Below the pieces are notes generated by a model. It was not told the DNA's origin and did no database searches. It worked only from the letters and a program-made list of their open reading frames with translations. From NCBI GenBank assembly GCA_951406725.2, contig OX597839.1:6448001-6512000 (forward strand): a stretch of DNA of 64,000 nt, given 5' to 3'. The stretch is from Octopus vulgaris (lineage: Eukaryota). The position numbers and the translations under genes are program-made. Positions 27,790 through 43,421 of this stretch are shown here, piece by piece (the stretch's first letter is position 1; every line of letters begins with the position of its first letter).

Positions 27790-27935
27790 GGCGCAGGCGT
27801 GGCTGTGTGGTAAGTAGCTTGCTTACCAACCACATGGTTCCGGGTTCAGTCCCACTGCGTGGCACGATCGGCAAGTGTCTTCTACTATAGTCTCGGTCCG
27901 ACGGAAACAGAAAAAACCCCGTCGTATATATATAC

Positions 27936-28031
<96 letters not shown>

Positions 28032-28220
28032 TTGTGTGTCTGTTTGTCCTCCCGCCATCGCTTGACAACCGCTGCTGGTGTGTTTATGTCCCTGTAACTT
28101 AGCATAACTTAGAATAAGTACTAGAATAAGTTCTGGTGCCAATTTGTTCGACTAAAGACGGTGCTCCAGCATGGCCACAGTCAAATGTCTGAAACAAATA
28201 AAAGAATAGAAAAGAAAAGA
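27789..28220 (+). mobile_element. SINE family B with deletions and expanded internal (TG)n
   Basis: Match to family B. Confidence 0.8.
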
Positions 28221-28584
28221 ATATATATATATATTCTATTCTTTTCTACTTTTTATTTGTTTCAGACATTCTCCAGGACCAATCTGTAGAAATTAGGCTT
28301 CCGAAAACCAGAAAGGAGTTGTTAAAATATATGTAAACTTTTCCAGAAGCTTATCATTTAAGTATTTATATGCGTATGTCTGGACTTCTGTACGTACGTC
28401 TTGTATCGCAAAAGATACGTATATTCATTATATTCATATATACATACGTACGTATATGCAAGTATGCATATGTGTATGTAAGCGTGTATAAATATGCGTA
28501 TAATTGCGCATCCATACATGTATACACACACCCGTAAATATATATAGATCTGTCTGTCTGCCTCTCTCTCTCAATATATATATA

Positions 28585-28805
28585 TATATATACCAATTAA
28601 GGACTGAACACGAAAAGTGGACAGTCAACATGCTAGATATAGACGTCAAATCGTCATTCACCACAAAAGATTATGTTCTCAGATCAAACTCAACAGTTGA
28701 GTTTGATCTGAGAACATAATCTTTTGTGGTGAATGACGATTTGACGTCTATATCTAGCATGTTGACTGTCCACTTTTCGTGTTCAGTCCTTAATTGGTAT
28801 ATATA
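28585..28805. repeat. Perfect palindrome of about 220 bp (110-bp arms, 1-nt centre at 28695)
   Basis: CCAATTAAGGACTG..AAACTCAAC-A-GTTGAGTTT..CAGTCCTTAATTGG. The right arm continues to ~28890 and then (TA)n. Confidence 0.95.
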
Positions 28806-28883
28806 AATATTTTAATCTTCGGATTCTTTTTTAATATGCTAGACCACTGGTCTTAATTGATAAATATCAATTTCTACCCTTAA

Positions 28884-28952
<69 letters not shown>

Positions 28953-29193
28953 CATACATATAATACATATACACACACATATATATAAGATAGATAAATA
29001 TATGTACATATGCATATATTATATACATAGACTTACGTATACTCTCTATTTCTTTCTCTCTTTCAAATCTATTTAATTGCCAATATCTCCAGACAGTCTA
29101 TTTTGGCACATTGTACCCCGTCAGTGCAAAGTACTAGATAGTTAATTAACTCTATTATAGTCAAGTAATTCAAGACAGACGATGGTTAGTTGA

Positions 29194-29241
<48 letters not shown>

Positions 29242-29242
29242 C

Positions 29243-29748
29243 GAGGGAGAGAGCGGTGCATGCCATCAAAGTGACACTGGGGTAAAATATACGAAGCCCA
29301 GTATACCCATCATGTCTACCCGTCTGATAAGGGTACATCAGGCACATGCATCACAGCCATATGTGTGCGACATGGTGATCTCATATCAAGATAAATATCG
29401 CATGACCTTGCAGGTGGGGCCCAGTTAGAATTTTCTTCTGGTCGAGTAGCCCATCCCGCTCAAAAGGTCTCTGAATAAGGATTGTTTAAGGATGTTGAAC
29501 GAAACACCCATGTTTCCAGAGGTGAATTATTCAAACCCCAAAGAATCCCTCTCAACACATAGCTATGATGTTCCCCTACTACTTCTGCTCGTGATCAGAG
29601 ATGCACATATCGTCAGCCACTAAGGGACATGCTCAACTGGTTACGGTCAAACAACTGACAAGCAAATCTGTGGTATAGACCAGAATATTTGCTGTAGCCC
29701 ATCTTTTATACCAAGACAAGACAATGTACATGACAACACTTCCAAACA

Positions 29749-29750
<2 letters not shown>
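29243..29750 (-). mobile_element. (TAA)n-embedded ORF-less repeat, truncated at one end
   Basis: Reverse complement of 48454-49001, with (TTA)n on both sides. Confidence 0.8.
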
Positions 29751-29813
<63 letters not shown>

Positions 29814-30623
29814 CATCATCGTCATTAAGGCGGCGAGGTGACAGAATTGTTAAAACGCCGGACAAAAGGCAGCTAAGCATTTTCTCTGGTTAAGACAATG
29901 GCTAACACTTAATTTATGCCACCGTTGGCTTAACGCATTTGGTCAAGCGTTGAAAATTTGGAAACACTCTAGAAAAAAGTACAGGCTAAAAGCTAAAATG
30001 CATGATTAGAAACAGATGAAATACATGCTTCCTTACGTACACAAACGTACTTTCTTACGCACACACACACACATACTCGCTTACACACACACACATACTT
30101 GCTTACGTACACATACACACATACATATACATACTTGCTTACGCATACATACACACGCGCGTGTGCATACGAATATTCACTCACATATACACACAGAGAA
30201 AAGCACTCCCTTCCACAACACACGTATCTACGTCTGTCGTATGCACTGTTATTCAAAGACAAGAAATAATAATAAAAAAAATACTGAACGAAACAAAACC
30301 ACACAAAACAACACAAAAGTACATGAAACAATAACCTCCCAAGGTGGGAAACAGTTCGGCCATTAAAACATATGAAAAAAGAAGAAAAGCAGACGACCTG
30401 GTTAGACGCCATATTAATCAGGTTTTATATGTCTAAACTAACGTTTGATTGAAGTCACTTGAAATCATGGTAGCATTTCAATAAGGACGGTGTACATCTG
30501 ATGTTATCTGTCTCTTTTAGTGTCTATATCTTTGAAAGTATGTCCTCTTTGTCTGTCCCACTCGCTGTGTGTGTCTGCATGTATATTTATCTACATATCT
30601 ACTTATTCCCGTTAAATCATCTG

Positions 30624-30712
<89 letters not shown>

Positions 30713-30761
30713 GTATATATCTATCTGTCTGTCTATGTATCTATCTATCTATCTATCTATG

Positions 30762-30824
<63 letters not shown>

Positions 30825-31174
30825 TACCCTCCACACACACTCTCTCTCTCGTTCTCCCTTTCTTCACTTCTATTCTACCCATCTCTCTCTGTATGTAAGC
30901 ATTCATATGATCTCGGTATGGGGTTGGGAAAAGAACTCAATACACTTGTTGACTAGAGTGAATAGGTTCTTAGTAGCAAAAGTGCCAACGATGGGCTCTT
31001 CCCGGTTCCAGTGATTATAGACATACACGACACATGCGCATTATTTATTATATATCATATATCTGTGAATGTGAATGTGTATATATGAGCGGAAAGCATA
31101 TTCTTATGGTATGCTTCTAATTCTAGTCTTGGGTATTCCTCGTGCGTGAAAATAAAAGTATAAGAGTGAAAAGG

Positions 31175-31385
31175 AAGAGTAAATACGGGTAGGCAGCTTT
31201 TTAATCACTACAAGTGTTTCGATACATACAGATCTTCGTATATACAGGATTTAAAGTTGTTTGAATTAAATTATATACCGATTTACCTGTATAAGAAGAG
31301 CTATATGTGTCTCCTCATGTGATACTCAGTTGTATCGAAACATTTGTAGCAATTAAAAAGCTGCTTAACCGTACATACTCTTCTT
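31175..31385. mobile_element. Degenerate fold-back, probably Penelope-like
   Basis: Arms AAGAGTAAATACGGGTAGGCAGCTTTTTAATCACTACAAGTGTTTCGATAC / GTATCGAAACATTTGTAGCAATTAAAAAGCTGCTTAACCGTACATACTCTT. CTCATGT-GATAC..GTATC-GAAAC remnant core. Confidence 0.55.
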
Positions 31386-31416
31386 TTTTACTCTTTTACT
31401 TTTTATATGTATATAT

Positions 31417-32065
<649 letters not shown>

Positions 32066-32066
32066 A

Positions 32067-32264
32067 AGTTAATCCAAACAAGAAAGCACAAAAAAAAACA
32101 CAACAACGCGAGGACGTGGAACAAATATAGTATTATTGGACGCTCAGGAAAGAAGGGAAGAAGGAGGGTTTAACGTTTCGAGCGGAGCTCTTCGTCGGAA
32201 ACAGGAGAAGGAAAGATCCAGAGAAGGGAAGACAAAAAATCGCCAACGGTACACACGCGGTCAC
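32067..32264 (-). mobile_element. Penelope-like family E1 (hammerhead-like motif 32168-32202)
   Basis: Match to 4549-4754, adjoining a long (TA)n tract. Confidence 0.7.
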
Positions 32265-32291
32265 ATATATATGTATATATATATATGTATA

Positions 32292-32322
<31 letters not shown>

Positions 32323-33587
32323 TGTATGTATGTATGTATGTATGTATGTATATATATATAATTTAAATAATTGCGGTATAATTAAATATTATTAAATAAT
32401 ACAAATTTAAATCAATGGCCTGCATCCGTAAAAGACGCCCGAAGACTGGAAATTATATTCAAATATAAAAATGAAAGGATAACCACTAAGTGGATTCCTT
32501 GTATACTGAAGATAGACGCCAAATCGACCTCAAATTAGCAGTGCGCTAGATGTTACCGAAGAAGACAAATGAAAGGAGAAAAAAAAAGCTGTTAATTCCA
32601 CACCACGAAGTTTCGCCATAAATAATTAAGGAATTATCCGTGGCTCCTCAGTGAAATCGTTGCCGACACATAATAATCGAACTAAAAACCAATCGCCTCC
32701 GTGAGAGAGGACATGTGCGTAGAGGACCAGTTACTGTGTCACGCTACTGCAGAGTACTCAGTCAATTGGCACGTTAATTCAGTGAGTAGGTCGTTTATTT
32801 GATCTAATAACTCATATAACTGAAAAGGACGGAGACCCCTCGACACCCACACACACACACAGGCTGTTGCATCTTGGGACGTTTATTTTGTTAATAATAG
32901 TCACACGCACCGGCAAGACTAGCCAAACGACCCTCCCGAAGTACTTTTTGTTTCGACGCAAAGTACACATACAAAAATGAAGCGCGTGTGTATATGTGTG
33001 ATTTCACTAATTGCCGACAGCTTTATTAATCAGGTTTAGTTTGTCTGTGCAAGGAGAAAACCAAATAGGGACTGTCACGTCTTGAATGTCTTTGATGTAG
33101 TCTGGCCGATCAACTAAACAACAACAACAACAATAACAACAGCAGCAGTAGTAGCAGTAGTAGTAGTAGTAGTAGCAGCGGCAGCAGCGCAAAACAAAAG
33201 CGAATCCTCACCAAACAAGAACTCAGTACTCCTGTGTTTCCCTCTCAATCAGTGTATTCCCATAGCATCAGGAAACCTCATTAAAATTCTAATTAACTAC
33301 AACCATCATGTCTAAAAATAGACTACAGCGTGTCTGCTAATCTAACTGTGACTGAGACAATTCGTGTTTACAAGTTCGAATCCCAGGTGTACTTTGAAAT
33401 ATTTAAAAGTGGTGGAAAGGGAAAAAGAAAAAACTCAAATCCAAATATATTTGGAGTAACATTACTCAACACTATACATAGGTATACGACGGGCTTCTTT
33501 CAGTTTCCATCTACCAAATCGACTCATAAGGCTTTGGTCGGCCCGAGGATATAGTAGAAGACACTTGCAAGCTACTTACCACACAGT

Positions 33588-33674
<87 letters not shown>

Positions 33675-33828
33675 TAGATATGTTTCGACCAAAGATTGGT
33701 CCAGGCCATGTCTAACTTAATAGCATATATAGTTCAGCAAAATTTAGATTCAAATGAATAAGGTACTTAAGCTAGATGCACCAGAATTTTGTATGGTATT
33801 ATCCTTATAAATCCATGGGGTGATTATA

Positions 33829-33900
33829 ATCAAAATAAGCAACAAAAATATCTTCGGTATCTTCCAAATTACCGAAGATATTCTTGTTGCTTGTTTTGAT
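33829..33900. repeat. Inverted repeat with 31-bp arms and a 10-nt loop
   Basis: ATCAAAATAAGCAACAAAAATATCTTCGGTA / TACCGAAGATATTCTTGTTGCTTGTTTTGAT. Confidence 0.85.
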
Positions 33901-33904
33901 ATAT

Positions 33905-33996
<92 letters not shown>

Positions 33997-34070
33997 ATGT
34001 GTGTGATTGTGTATGTATGAGTGTGTATATATATATATATATGTGAGTGTGTATATAGATATATAGATAA

Positions 34071-34135
<65 letters not shown>

Positions 34136-34561
34136 GAGATAGATAGACTTAAGACGGGCTTCTTTCAGTCTCTTTCTACGAAACCCACTCCACAAGTCTT
34201 TGGTCAACCCCAGCGTATAGTAGAAGACCCTTAACGAAGCTGTTTCACAGTGAACCTGAGCAAACTTGTTACCACACAGTTATATCTGCATCGCGTAATT
34301 ATATTCTGTTGAAATAGACTCATCACGTTTGTGAAGAAATGAATGATTGCCACTTCCTCATCATTGTGGACATATGTTAGGCATAGTGAGGGGTAAACGT
34401 GTATCGCTTGAGATGGCACTGTAAAATCCATTATTGGTAATTGACATACCGAAAACCGATTAACTATGACAGTAAGAGATAAAGATGAATTTCTGAAGAA
34501 ACTTTGGGCCTCAGATTATGTGTTTGACCTGACGATGACCGACTGTGAAGAGGAAACTGAG

Positions 34562-34666
<105 letters not shown>

Positions 34667-34819
34667 GGGTGAGAGAAGGCGGGAGGATAATGTGATGTTT
34701 TGCTTCGACTTGAATACGTTATCAAAATATTTTTCATATTGTGTATGAATGTAAATGCATGTATGTGTGTATGTATGTATATGTTTATGCGTATATGTTC
34801 ATATATATATATATTTATG

Positions 34820-34857
<38 letters not shown>

Positions 34858-34900
34858 GGTCCCGGGTTGATTCGGGGTTAACCACAGTAAGTAAGGTACT

Positions 34901-34945
<45 letters not shown>

Positions 34946-35036
34946 AATATCTCTGAATATATACGTATGTGTATCTGTACGTATATACAAGTATATATAT
35001 ATATATATATACACATATATATATATATATACATAC

Positions 35037-35067
<31 letters not shown>

Positions 35068-35628
35068 TATACATGTATATATATACTTATATATGTATAT
35101 ATATACATATATACACATATATGTATATATATACATATGAACATGTATATATAAATATATATATACATTTATATATGTATATACATATATATATATATGT
35201 ATATGAACATATATATGTCCATATATCCTATATATACATATATGTAGATATACATGTATGTTAGTATATATGTGTATGTGTATGTTTAGTAGTTTGGTAT
35301 GTGTATACAGGTGTGTATCTCATCGCTATTATCAGATATATGCATAAACCTACCACACACACACCCACACATCATTCTTACTTTGGACACATTATTAATT
35401 CAAAAGTGTTAACAGATCAAGTTACCAATTCCAGAATATTCTGTCTTTTTGTATTTTGTTGTCCCTATGTATGTATGTATGTATGTATGTATGTATTTAT
35501 GTATGTATGTATGTATGTATGTATGTATGTATGTATGTATGCATTTATGTATTATGTATATGTGTATGTATGTATATATATATATATATCTATATCTAGA
35601 TGTATATCTATATCTATCTATCTATCTA

Positions 35629-35666
<38 letters not shown>

Positions 35667-36447
35667 CGTAGGACTGGCTGTGAGGTATGTAGCTTGCTTA
35701 CCACCCATAGAGTTCCGGGTTCAATCCGACTGTGTGGCATACATATATATAATGTATGTATGTGTGTCTATACTTATATCTTCAGCTTTATGTGTGTGTT
35801 TGCCTCTGTGTGTGTGTATGTGAGGTATGCATGTGTGTGTGTGTGTGTGTGTACATTGTGAACGTAGAGATGACTGAATTTTCGTGTTTGGATTATCGCC
35901 TTGTTGAACATGCGAAAGGGCCTTTATCCGATCATATTTGTCGTTAGGTAATATTTTTGCCCACACACAGACACACACACACACATACACACACACACAC
36001 ATACACACACACACTCACTCACAGGGTTAAATGCATTTTTAAAAACCTTCATCAAAATTCGAGTGCACCTAAAAAGACCAGTTCCCGCACTTGTGTAGAC
36101 CAAACATGCCAGTCACATATGTCATACACACGGCAGCTTAAAAGAGAGATGATAAAAAAGACTATATAGGTTTGATATTATTTAACCCTAGGTAAGTACG
36201 GATCGACCCCGCCGACCATCACAACCAGCCAAAGCTTCCCGTCCTTTTTGTTTTTCGATTTCACTGCATCTAAAACTACCTTATACCACGTGTCTCTTCT
36301 TCTAAACAGTATTCTACGATTCGAGGAAGATTTGGCTGCAATTTGTGTGTCGGCGCAGGTGACTTTGTGGTAAAATATCTGCTTCCCGAGGAAATGGTTC
36401 CGGTTTCTGTTTCACTGCGCTTCTCTCTTCTTCTTTCATTCTATGAT

Positions 36448-36850
36448 TACTCTTTACTCTTTTACTTGTTTTCAGTCATTTTGACTGCGGCCATGCTGGA
36501 GCACCGCCTTTAATCGAGCAACTCGACTCCGGGACTTATTCTTTTTGTAAGCCCAGTACTTATTCTATCGGTCACTTTTGCCGAACCGCTAAGTAACGGG
36601 GACATGAACACACCAGCATCGGTTGTCAAGCAATGCTAGGGAGACAAACACAGACACACAAACACACACACACGCATATATATATATATATATATATACA
36701 TATATACGACGGGCTTCTTTCAGTTTCCGTCTACCAAATCCACTCACAAGGCATTGATCGGCCGAGGCTATAGTAGAAGACACTTGCCCAAGGTGCCACG
36801 CAGTGGGACTGAACCCGGAACCATGTGGTTGGTAAACAAGCTACTTACCC
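36448..36850 (-). mobile_element. SINE family B
   Basis: Match to family B. Confidence 0.85.
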
Positions 36851-37796
36851 ATTTCCTCTCACTCATTCTATCTCCTCTAATTTTCTTCTGTTGCATTCAG
36901 TCTTCTTCATTTCATTCTCTCTCTTCGTATCTCTCTCTCTCTCTTCTTAGTCACTCTCTTCCTTTCTGTAATTTATTCCTCTCCTTTCTTTAACTACTCT
37001 CCCCCCTCCAATGTCCTCTGTACTTTTATTTACCATTCTCTTCTTTACAGTTGTGTCCCGTGCCCACCCCGTCCTACTCTTCTCTATTCTATCTAAATGA
37101 ACTTTCGCTCACATATCAAGTTTCTTGAAACTTCTGTTATGTATGAGTACGTGTGCGCATGTATGTATGTATTTATGTATGTATGTATGTACGTATGTAT
37201 GTATTTATGTATGTATGTATGTATGTATGTATGTATTTATGTATGTATGTATGTATTTTTATGTATGTATGTATGTATTTTTATGTATGTATGTATGTAT
37301 TTATGTATGTATGTATGTATATATGTATGTATGTGTGTATGTATGTATGTACGTATGTATTTTTATGTATGTATGTATTTATGTACGTGTGTACGTATGT
37401 ATGTATGTACGTATGTACGTATGTATTTATGTATGTACGTACGTATGAATGTATATAAGTTCTTTCCTTTCTGGTTTAAATTTTAGAATAAATTTTGACC
37501 GACCACCTACATGGCCTCAAGGTTGTGAACGAAGGTATCTTGTTTTAGCCCACATCCTTTAAATCATTAGGTCTTGCAGATATTTATAGCCCCAGATATC
37601 GTGATCACGTGTACGTACGTACGTATGTATGTATGCATGCATTATGCAAACGCGTATGTTAATGCGGTAAGCTAGTAGACCCTTTATCGCACCTAATAAA
37701 ATACTGTGATTGCTTCCTGTTTTTTTTTAAGGTCTCAGTTCAAATGTCACCAAGGCTAACTTTCCTTTTTATCCCTTCAGGTCGTTAAGGTAAATA

Positions 37797-38268
37797 CCTA
37801 TTTCTTTAGTACCCACAAGGGGCTACACACAGAGGGGACAAACAAGGACAGAAAACGGATTAAGTTGATTATATCGACTCCAGTGCGTAACTGGTACTTA
37901 TTTAATCGACCCCGAAAGGATGAAAGGCAAAGTCGACCTCGGCGGAATTTGAACTCAGAACGTAACGGCAGACGAAATACCGCTAAGCATTTCGCCTGGC
38001 GCGCTAACGATTCTGCCAGCTCGCCGCCTTAATACCTATTTCTTTATTATCCACAAGGGGCTAAACATAGAGGGCACAAACAAGGACAGACATAGGTATT
38101 AAGTCGATTACATCGACCCCAGTGCGTAACCGGTACTTAATTTATCAACCCCGAAAGGATGAAAGGCAAAGTCGACCTCGGCGGAATTTGAACTCAGAAC
38201 GTAACGGCAGACGAAATACCGCTAAGCATTTCGCCCGGCGCGCTAACGATTCTGCCAGCTCGCCATCT
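37797..38268 (-). mobile_element. Two head-to-tail SINE C monomers inserted into an older C-like SINE
   Basis: Monomers at 37797-38030 and 38033-38268. A degenerate plus-strand relative flanks them (~37660-37796 and ~38270-38340). Confidence 0.8.
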
Positions 38269-38619
38269 TAATATCTGTTGAGCTCTAGGGTCGATGTAAA
38301 ATACTTACACCCTTACCTTAAAATTACTAGCCTTGACGCCTGTTCCAAGACTAGTACGTAAATCTGTACGCATCCCAGGTACACAACTACGTTCCCAAAA
38401 TGTAAGTAGATACCTTCGTACAATAATGACTGGCCGCAGGCTTCAATCTAGCGTTTATTTGTTTCAATCATTAGACTGTGGTCATGCTGGGGCATCGTTT
38501 TGAATTTTAGTCGAATGATTCGACCCCAGTTACTCTTCTTTTAAATCTCTCTCTTTACATGTTTCAGTCATTTGACTGCGGCCATGCTGGAGCACCGCCT
38601 TTAGCAGAGCAAATCGACC

Positions 38620-38749
38620 CTTCCCCCCATCCCTAACCCTAACCCTAAAACAGGTTGAAACGCAATAGATCGATACTAGGGTCATAATTATGGGTGACAA
38701 TTTCATATGCCACCGCTAGAAAAAACTGCCGTTCAAATCGAAAAGATCC
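38620..38749. mobile_element. Right half of the CCCTAA-bearing MITE
   Basis: Matches 15884-16018 including the TIR. Confidence 0.85.
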
Positions 38750-40543
38750 CACACGATATTTACCCAAGGTGCCATGCAGTGAGACTGATCTCAGACTGAT
38801 CCCAGAACCATGGGGATTGGAAGCAAACCACTTGCCACACAGCCACGGATGCACCTTCCTGTCCTGTCCTTCAATTTATTTAAATTAGTTTTGTTTTTTT
38901 CTTTTTTTATCAATCACTTTTTTTTTGTTTTTGTATATGTATTTATGGAAATGTGTGTATGTATGCATGTATCAGTGGGTACTCAACTCATGGTCGGTCA
39001 CGTGTGTCACCGGGTAGCTAGCTTACATAAGATGCTTCACGCCCACCATAAACAGTAAAACTAGCACCACCATACCACCACCACCACACCACCACCTCCA
39101 TCACTACCACCTCCACCACCACCACCACCACCACACCACCACCACCAACACCACCTCCACCTCTGTGCTATCATCGCTGCTACAACACCGATACCAACGG
39201 CCTGATCCACCCCACCAACGCCCTGCACCCTCACACCATTTACTTATTCCACGGCCACCGCTTCTAAAAACACCACAAAGATCCTCAGAAACGAACCGCT
39301 GTCACATCAAGTGCCATCTACTACTACCTCCACCGCTATTCCTACTACTACTACAACTACTACTACTACTACTACTACTACTACTGCTGCTGCTGCTACT
39401 GCTACTACTACTACTACTACTACTACTACTATCAACACCTCTACTACCACACCATCATCACTATCACGACTACCAACACTACGACCAGAATCCCCACCGC
39501 TACCACTACTAATACTACAAGCACCACTACTACCACTACCGCCATCACTTCCACTACTACCATCACCACTATTACCACAATCACCTCTACAACCACCACC
39601 ACTATCGCCACCTTTACTACTACTACTACAACTACTACTGCTGCTGCTGCTGCTACAACCCTTTTTACCGTCACTAACACTTCCATGACCACCACCTTTA
39701 CTACTACTACAACTACTACTGCTGCTGCTGCTGCTACTACAACCTTCCTTACCGTCACTAACACTTCCATGACCACCACCACTACCACCAGCAACAACAA
39801 CAACAACAACACCAACAACACTACACCGCGACCCTTATCAAGCCATATCACATTAAAACCCAGCAACACCAAACCGACAACCATTCCCTTTTCCCATAAT
39901 GGACGACAATAATTTCGGAGAGAAATAAAATAGAAAACTAACGATAAAAAAAATGGATGAAGATAAGAAGAACAACAGCAACAAAACCTACACCTCCTAC
40001 TACCACCACCACCACCACCACCACTACTTTCCAACCATAAACACACGCAAAACAAAACGAAAAGGAACAACTGAATTGAAGAAAAAAAACACAAAAAAAT
40101 AGAGAAAAGTGGGAGAAAAAAATGACGATAATTACTAAACTCCCGCAAAAAAACCCCCTAAAAATAATCGAAAACCAAAATTAAAAACTACTTCCCGCTC
40201 CACCCACACCACCCACCTCTGAGAGAAAAAGAAAATAATAAGCAAACCAGAAACCCTGGACAGCAGGACGGACGTTTAAACAATGACCAAAGCCAGGCTT
40301 GTCACCACAGTAGTAGAGTTACAGCGTAAATCGGTGTCTATGTACCCGGGGGTAATAAGCAGTGAGCTTTCGCTACCCGTCTTTGTAATAACAATTGGGC
40401 GACATTTTGTTTTATGGACTTTTCGTGTTTTTTTTGTTTTTTTTCCCTTTTTTCATTTTCTCATTTCATTTTTTGTTTTGTTTTTATGAAGTACTTTGTG
40501 TTGGTGATGTTAGTAAGAGTGGTGCGTTCTTAGCGTTCATGGT

Positions 40544-41573
40544 AAGGCGGCGAGCGGGCAGAATCGTTAGCACGTCTGTCGTTACGTTGTGAGTTCAAAT
40601 TCCGCCGAGGTGGACTTTGCCTTTCATCCTTTCGGGGTCGATAAATTAAGTACCAGTTACGCACTGGGGTCGATGTAATCGACCTAATACCTATGTCTGT
40701 CCTTGTTTGTCCCCTCTGTGTTTAGCCCCTTGTGGGTAATAAAGAAATAGATACTGGTGGTGTTTGTGGTGATGGTGGTGTTGGTAGTTAAGGCGGCGAT
40801 CTGGCGGAAACGTTAGCACACCGGACGAAATGCTTAGCGGTATTTCTTTCGTCTGCCGCTACGTTCCGAGTTCAAATTCCGCCGAGGACGACTTTGCATT
40901 TCATCCTTTCGGGGTCGATTAAATAAGTACCAGTTGCGCACTGGGGTCGATGTAATCGACTTAATGCATTTGTCTGTCCTTGTTTGTCCTCTTTGTGTTT
41001 GTCCCTTGTGGGTAGTAAAGAAATAGGTATTTCGTCTGCCGTTCTGAGTTCAAATTCCGCCGAGGTCGACCTTGCCTTTCATCCTTTCGGGGTCGATAAA
41101 TTAAGTACCAGTTACACACTGGGGTCGATGTAATCGACTTAATACCTATGTCTGTCCTTGTTTGTCCTTTCTATGTTTAGCCCCTTGTGGGTAATAAAGA
41201 AATAGGTATTTCGTCTGCCGTTACGTTCTGAGCTCAAATTCCGCCGAGATCGACTTTGCCTTTCATCCTTTCGGATTCGATTAAATAAGTACCAGTTACA
41301 CACTGGGGGTCGATGTAATCGACTTAATCCGTGTGTCTGTCCTTGTTTGTCATCTCTGTGTTTAGCCCCTAGTGGGTAGTAAAGAAATAAGTATTTCGTC
41401 TGCCGTTACGTTGTGAGTTCAAATTCCGCCGAGGTCCACTTTGCCTTTCATCCTTTCGGGGTCGATTAAATAAGTATCAGTTACGCACTGAGGTTGATGT
41501 AATCGACTTAATACCTATGTCTGTCCTTGTTTGTCCTCTCGGAGTTTAGCCCCTTGTGGGTAATAAAGAAATA
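40544..41573 (+). mobile_element. SINE C cluster: monomer plus head with four ~180-bp body units
   Basis: Units rejoin at AAAGAAATA(G/A)GTATTTCGTCTGCC near 41025, 41204 and 41390. Confidence 0.88.
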
Positions 41574-42430
41574 TGTTGTCAAGTGGTGGTTGAGACAAAC
41601 ACAAACAAACAAACACGTATACTCGACAGACTTCCATACAGTTCGCGTCTACCAAATTCACGCACAAGACATTGATCGACCCGGTGGGTAGGTGGGGTAT
41701 GGGGGGAGACTCTAGTGGTAAGCATGGCGACGCCAAACCACGTCGTTGCAAGGCCTAACTCGTAACCACACAGCCATATATGTACGCTCCTCCCCAGCTC
41801 TTCCTTCAAATGACATCGACCCCCAATATACCCCAAAACCCCACTCTCGTTGTACTTTCCCCTACGGTATTTTTACAAATCTAACTCAATCTCTCCTATC
41901 TTAATATTTTTATACATATCTTTTACATGTATTATATTTTATTTTTTACTCTAATCGAACACATACTTTTAGTCAATAATTTTTATGGCTCTCTCGCACG
42001 AAATATTCTAAACATATTCTCATCGTATGATTTCCAATCATAATTTTCTTTTTTATAAATTTTGTATTTTCTAGTCAACGCCTTTGCACGCTTTAAGTTT
42101 TTTTCAAATATGCTTTTAATATTTTATTTTTCATATTTACAATAATTTAACCGTATGCGTGGTTTATATTATAAATTTTATCGCCAACACGGACTTTCGC
42201 CATACATGCAGATTTTAATGCACGCATTTAAAAATTTTTAATTATTATTTCTTCTCGTCGTTGCAGTAAACAGCCACACCATAATCGTGCAGAAAAACAT
42301 GTCGTCTCGCTCTTTCTTTTCATAAAACTCTGTTCAAATTCGGGGCTTCGCAGAACGATGTCAAGTGTTTTTATTCTTTTTAGTATCCAACAAAAATTAA
42401 TTATCAGTTTTCAATATTTTCTGCATATTC

Positions 42431-42506
<76 letters not shown>

Positions 42507-42823
42507 GAGATAGATAGATAGATAGATAGATAGATATAGATAGATAGATAGATAGATAGACAGATAGATGTTTTCCAACTTCATGGTTCCGAGTTCAATG
42601 CCACTGCATGCCAACTTAGGTAAGTGTCTTCTACTAAAGCCTTGGGCCTTGGTGGATTTGGTTGACGAAACTGACAGTTGACCGTCGTATATATGTGTAT
42701 ATATACATACAGGAAATGTGTCAAGGCAGACAGGAAGCGTTGATGGTCCCTAGGGCTAAATAGCGGTAAGGTGATTCCCTTTATGGGATTGTCACGTTAA
42801 GTTGACAGTATACAACTGATTTC

Positions 42824-42875
<52 letters not shown>

Positions 42876-42899
42876 CATACACAAACGCACAGACACACA

Positions 42900-42969
<70 letters not shown>

Positions 42970-42971
<2 letters not shown>

Positions 42972-43135
42972 GGGAAAGTTTACGAAAAAACCAAAGACGA
43001 AGACAGGTGGTGTACAAAACAAACAGATGTATTAGTATAACGCTCAGGAATAGAAAATATCTTTTACGTTTCGAGCCTACGCTCTTCTACAGAAAGGTAC
43101 ACAGAAAAAACAAGGAGAGAAAAAAGGAGACAAAA
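42970..43135 (-). mobile_element. Penelope-like family E2 (hammerhead-like motif 43061-43096)
   Basis: Match to 4782-4978. Confidence 0.7.
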
Positions 43136-43370
43136 AATATATATACATACATACAAACATACATACGTATATATATAAATAAATATCTATGTATATATAT
43201 ATATATTAGTATGTATATATATATATATATACATATATATTTGTGTGTGTACGTCTTTGTCTTTGTGATTGCCCCCTCCCCCCATTTAACCATCCGGTGT
43301 TGGTGTACTAGTGTTGGATCCGGTAACTTAGCGGTTCAGCAAAACAGACAGACAGAATAAGAATTTGGCT

Positions 43371-43421
<51 letters not shown>

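Noticed and set aside
39060-39912. Mucin-like Thr-rich ORFs
   Set aside because: ACT/ACC/GCT triplet microsatellites. Similar tracts occur at 17190, 18540 and 53060.
40791-41573. CRISPR-like or satellite array
   Set aside because: Units are whole SINE bodies with no unique spacers, in a eukaryotic context with no cas genes.
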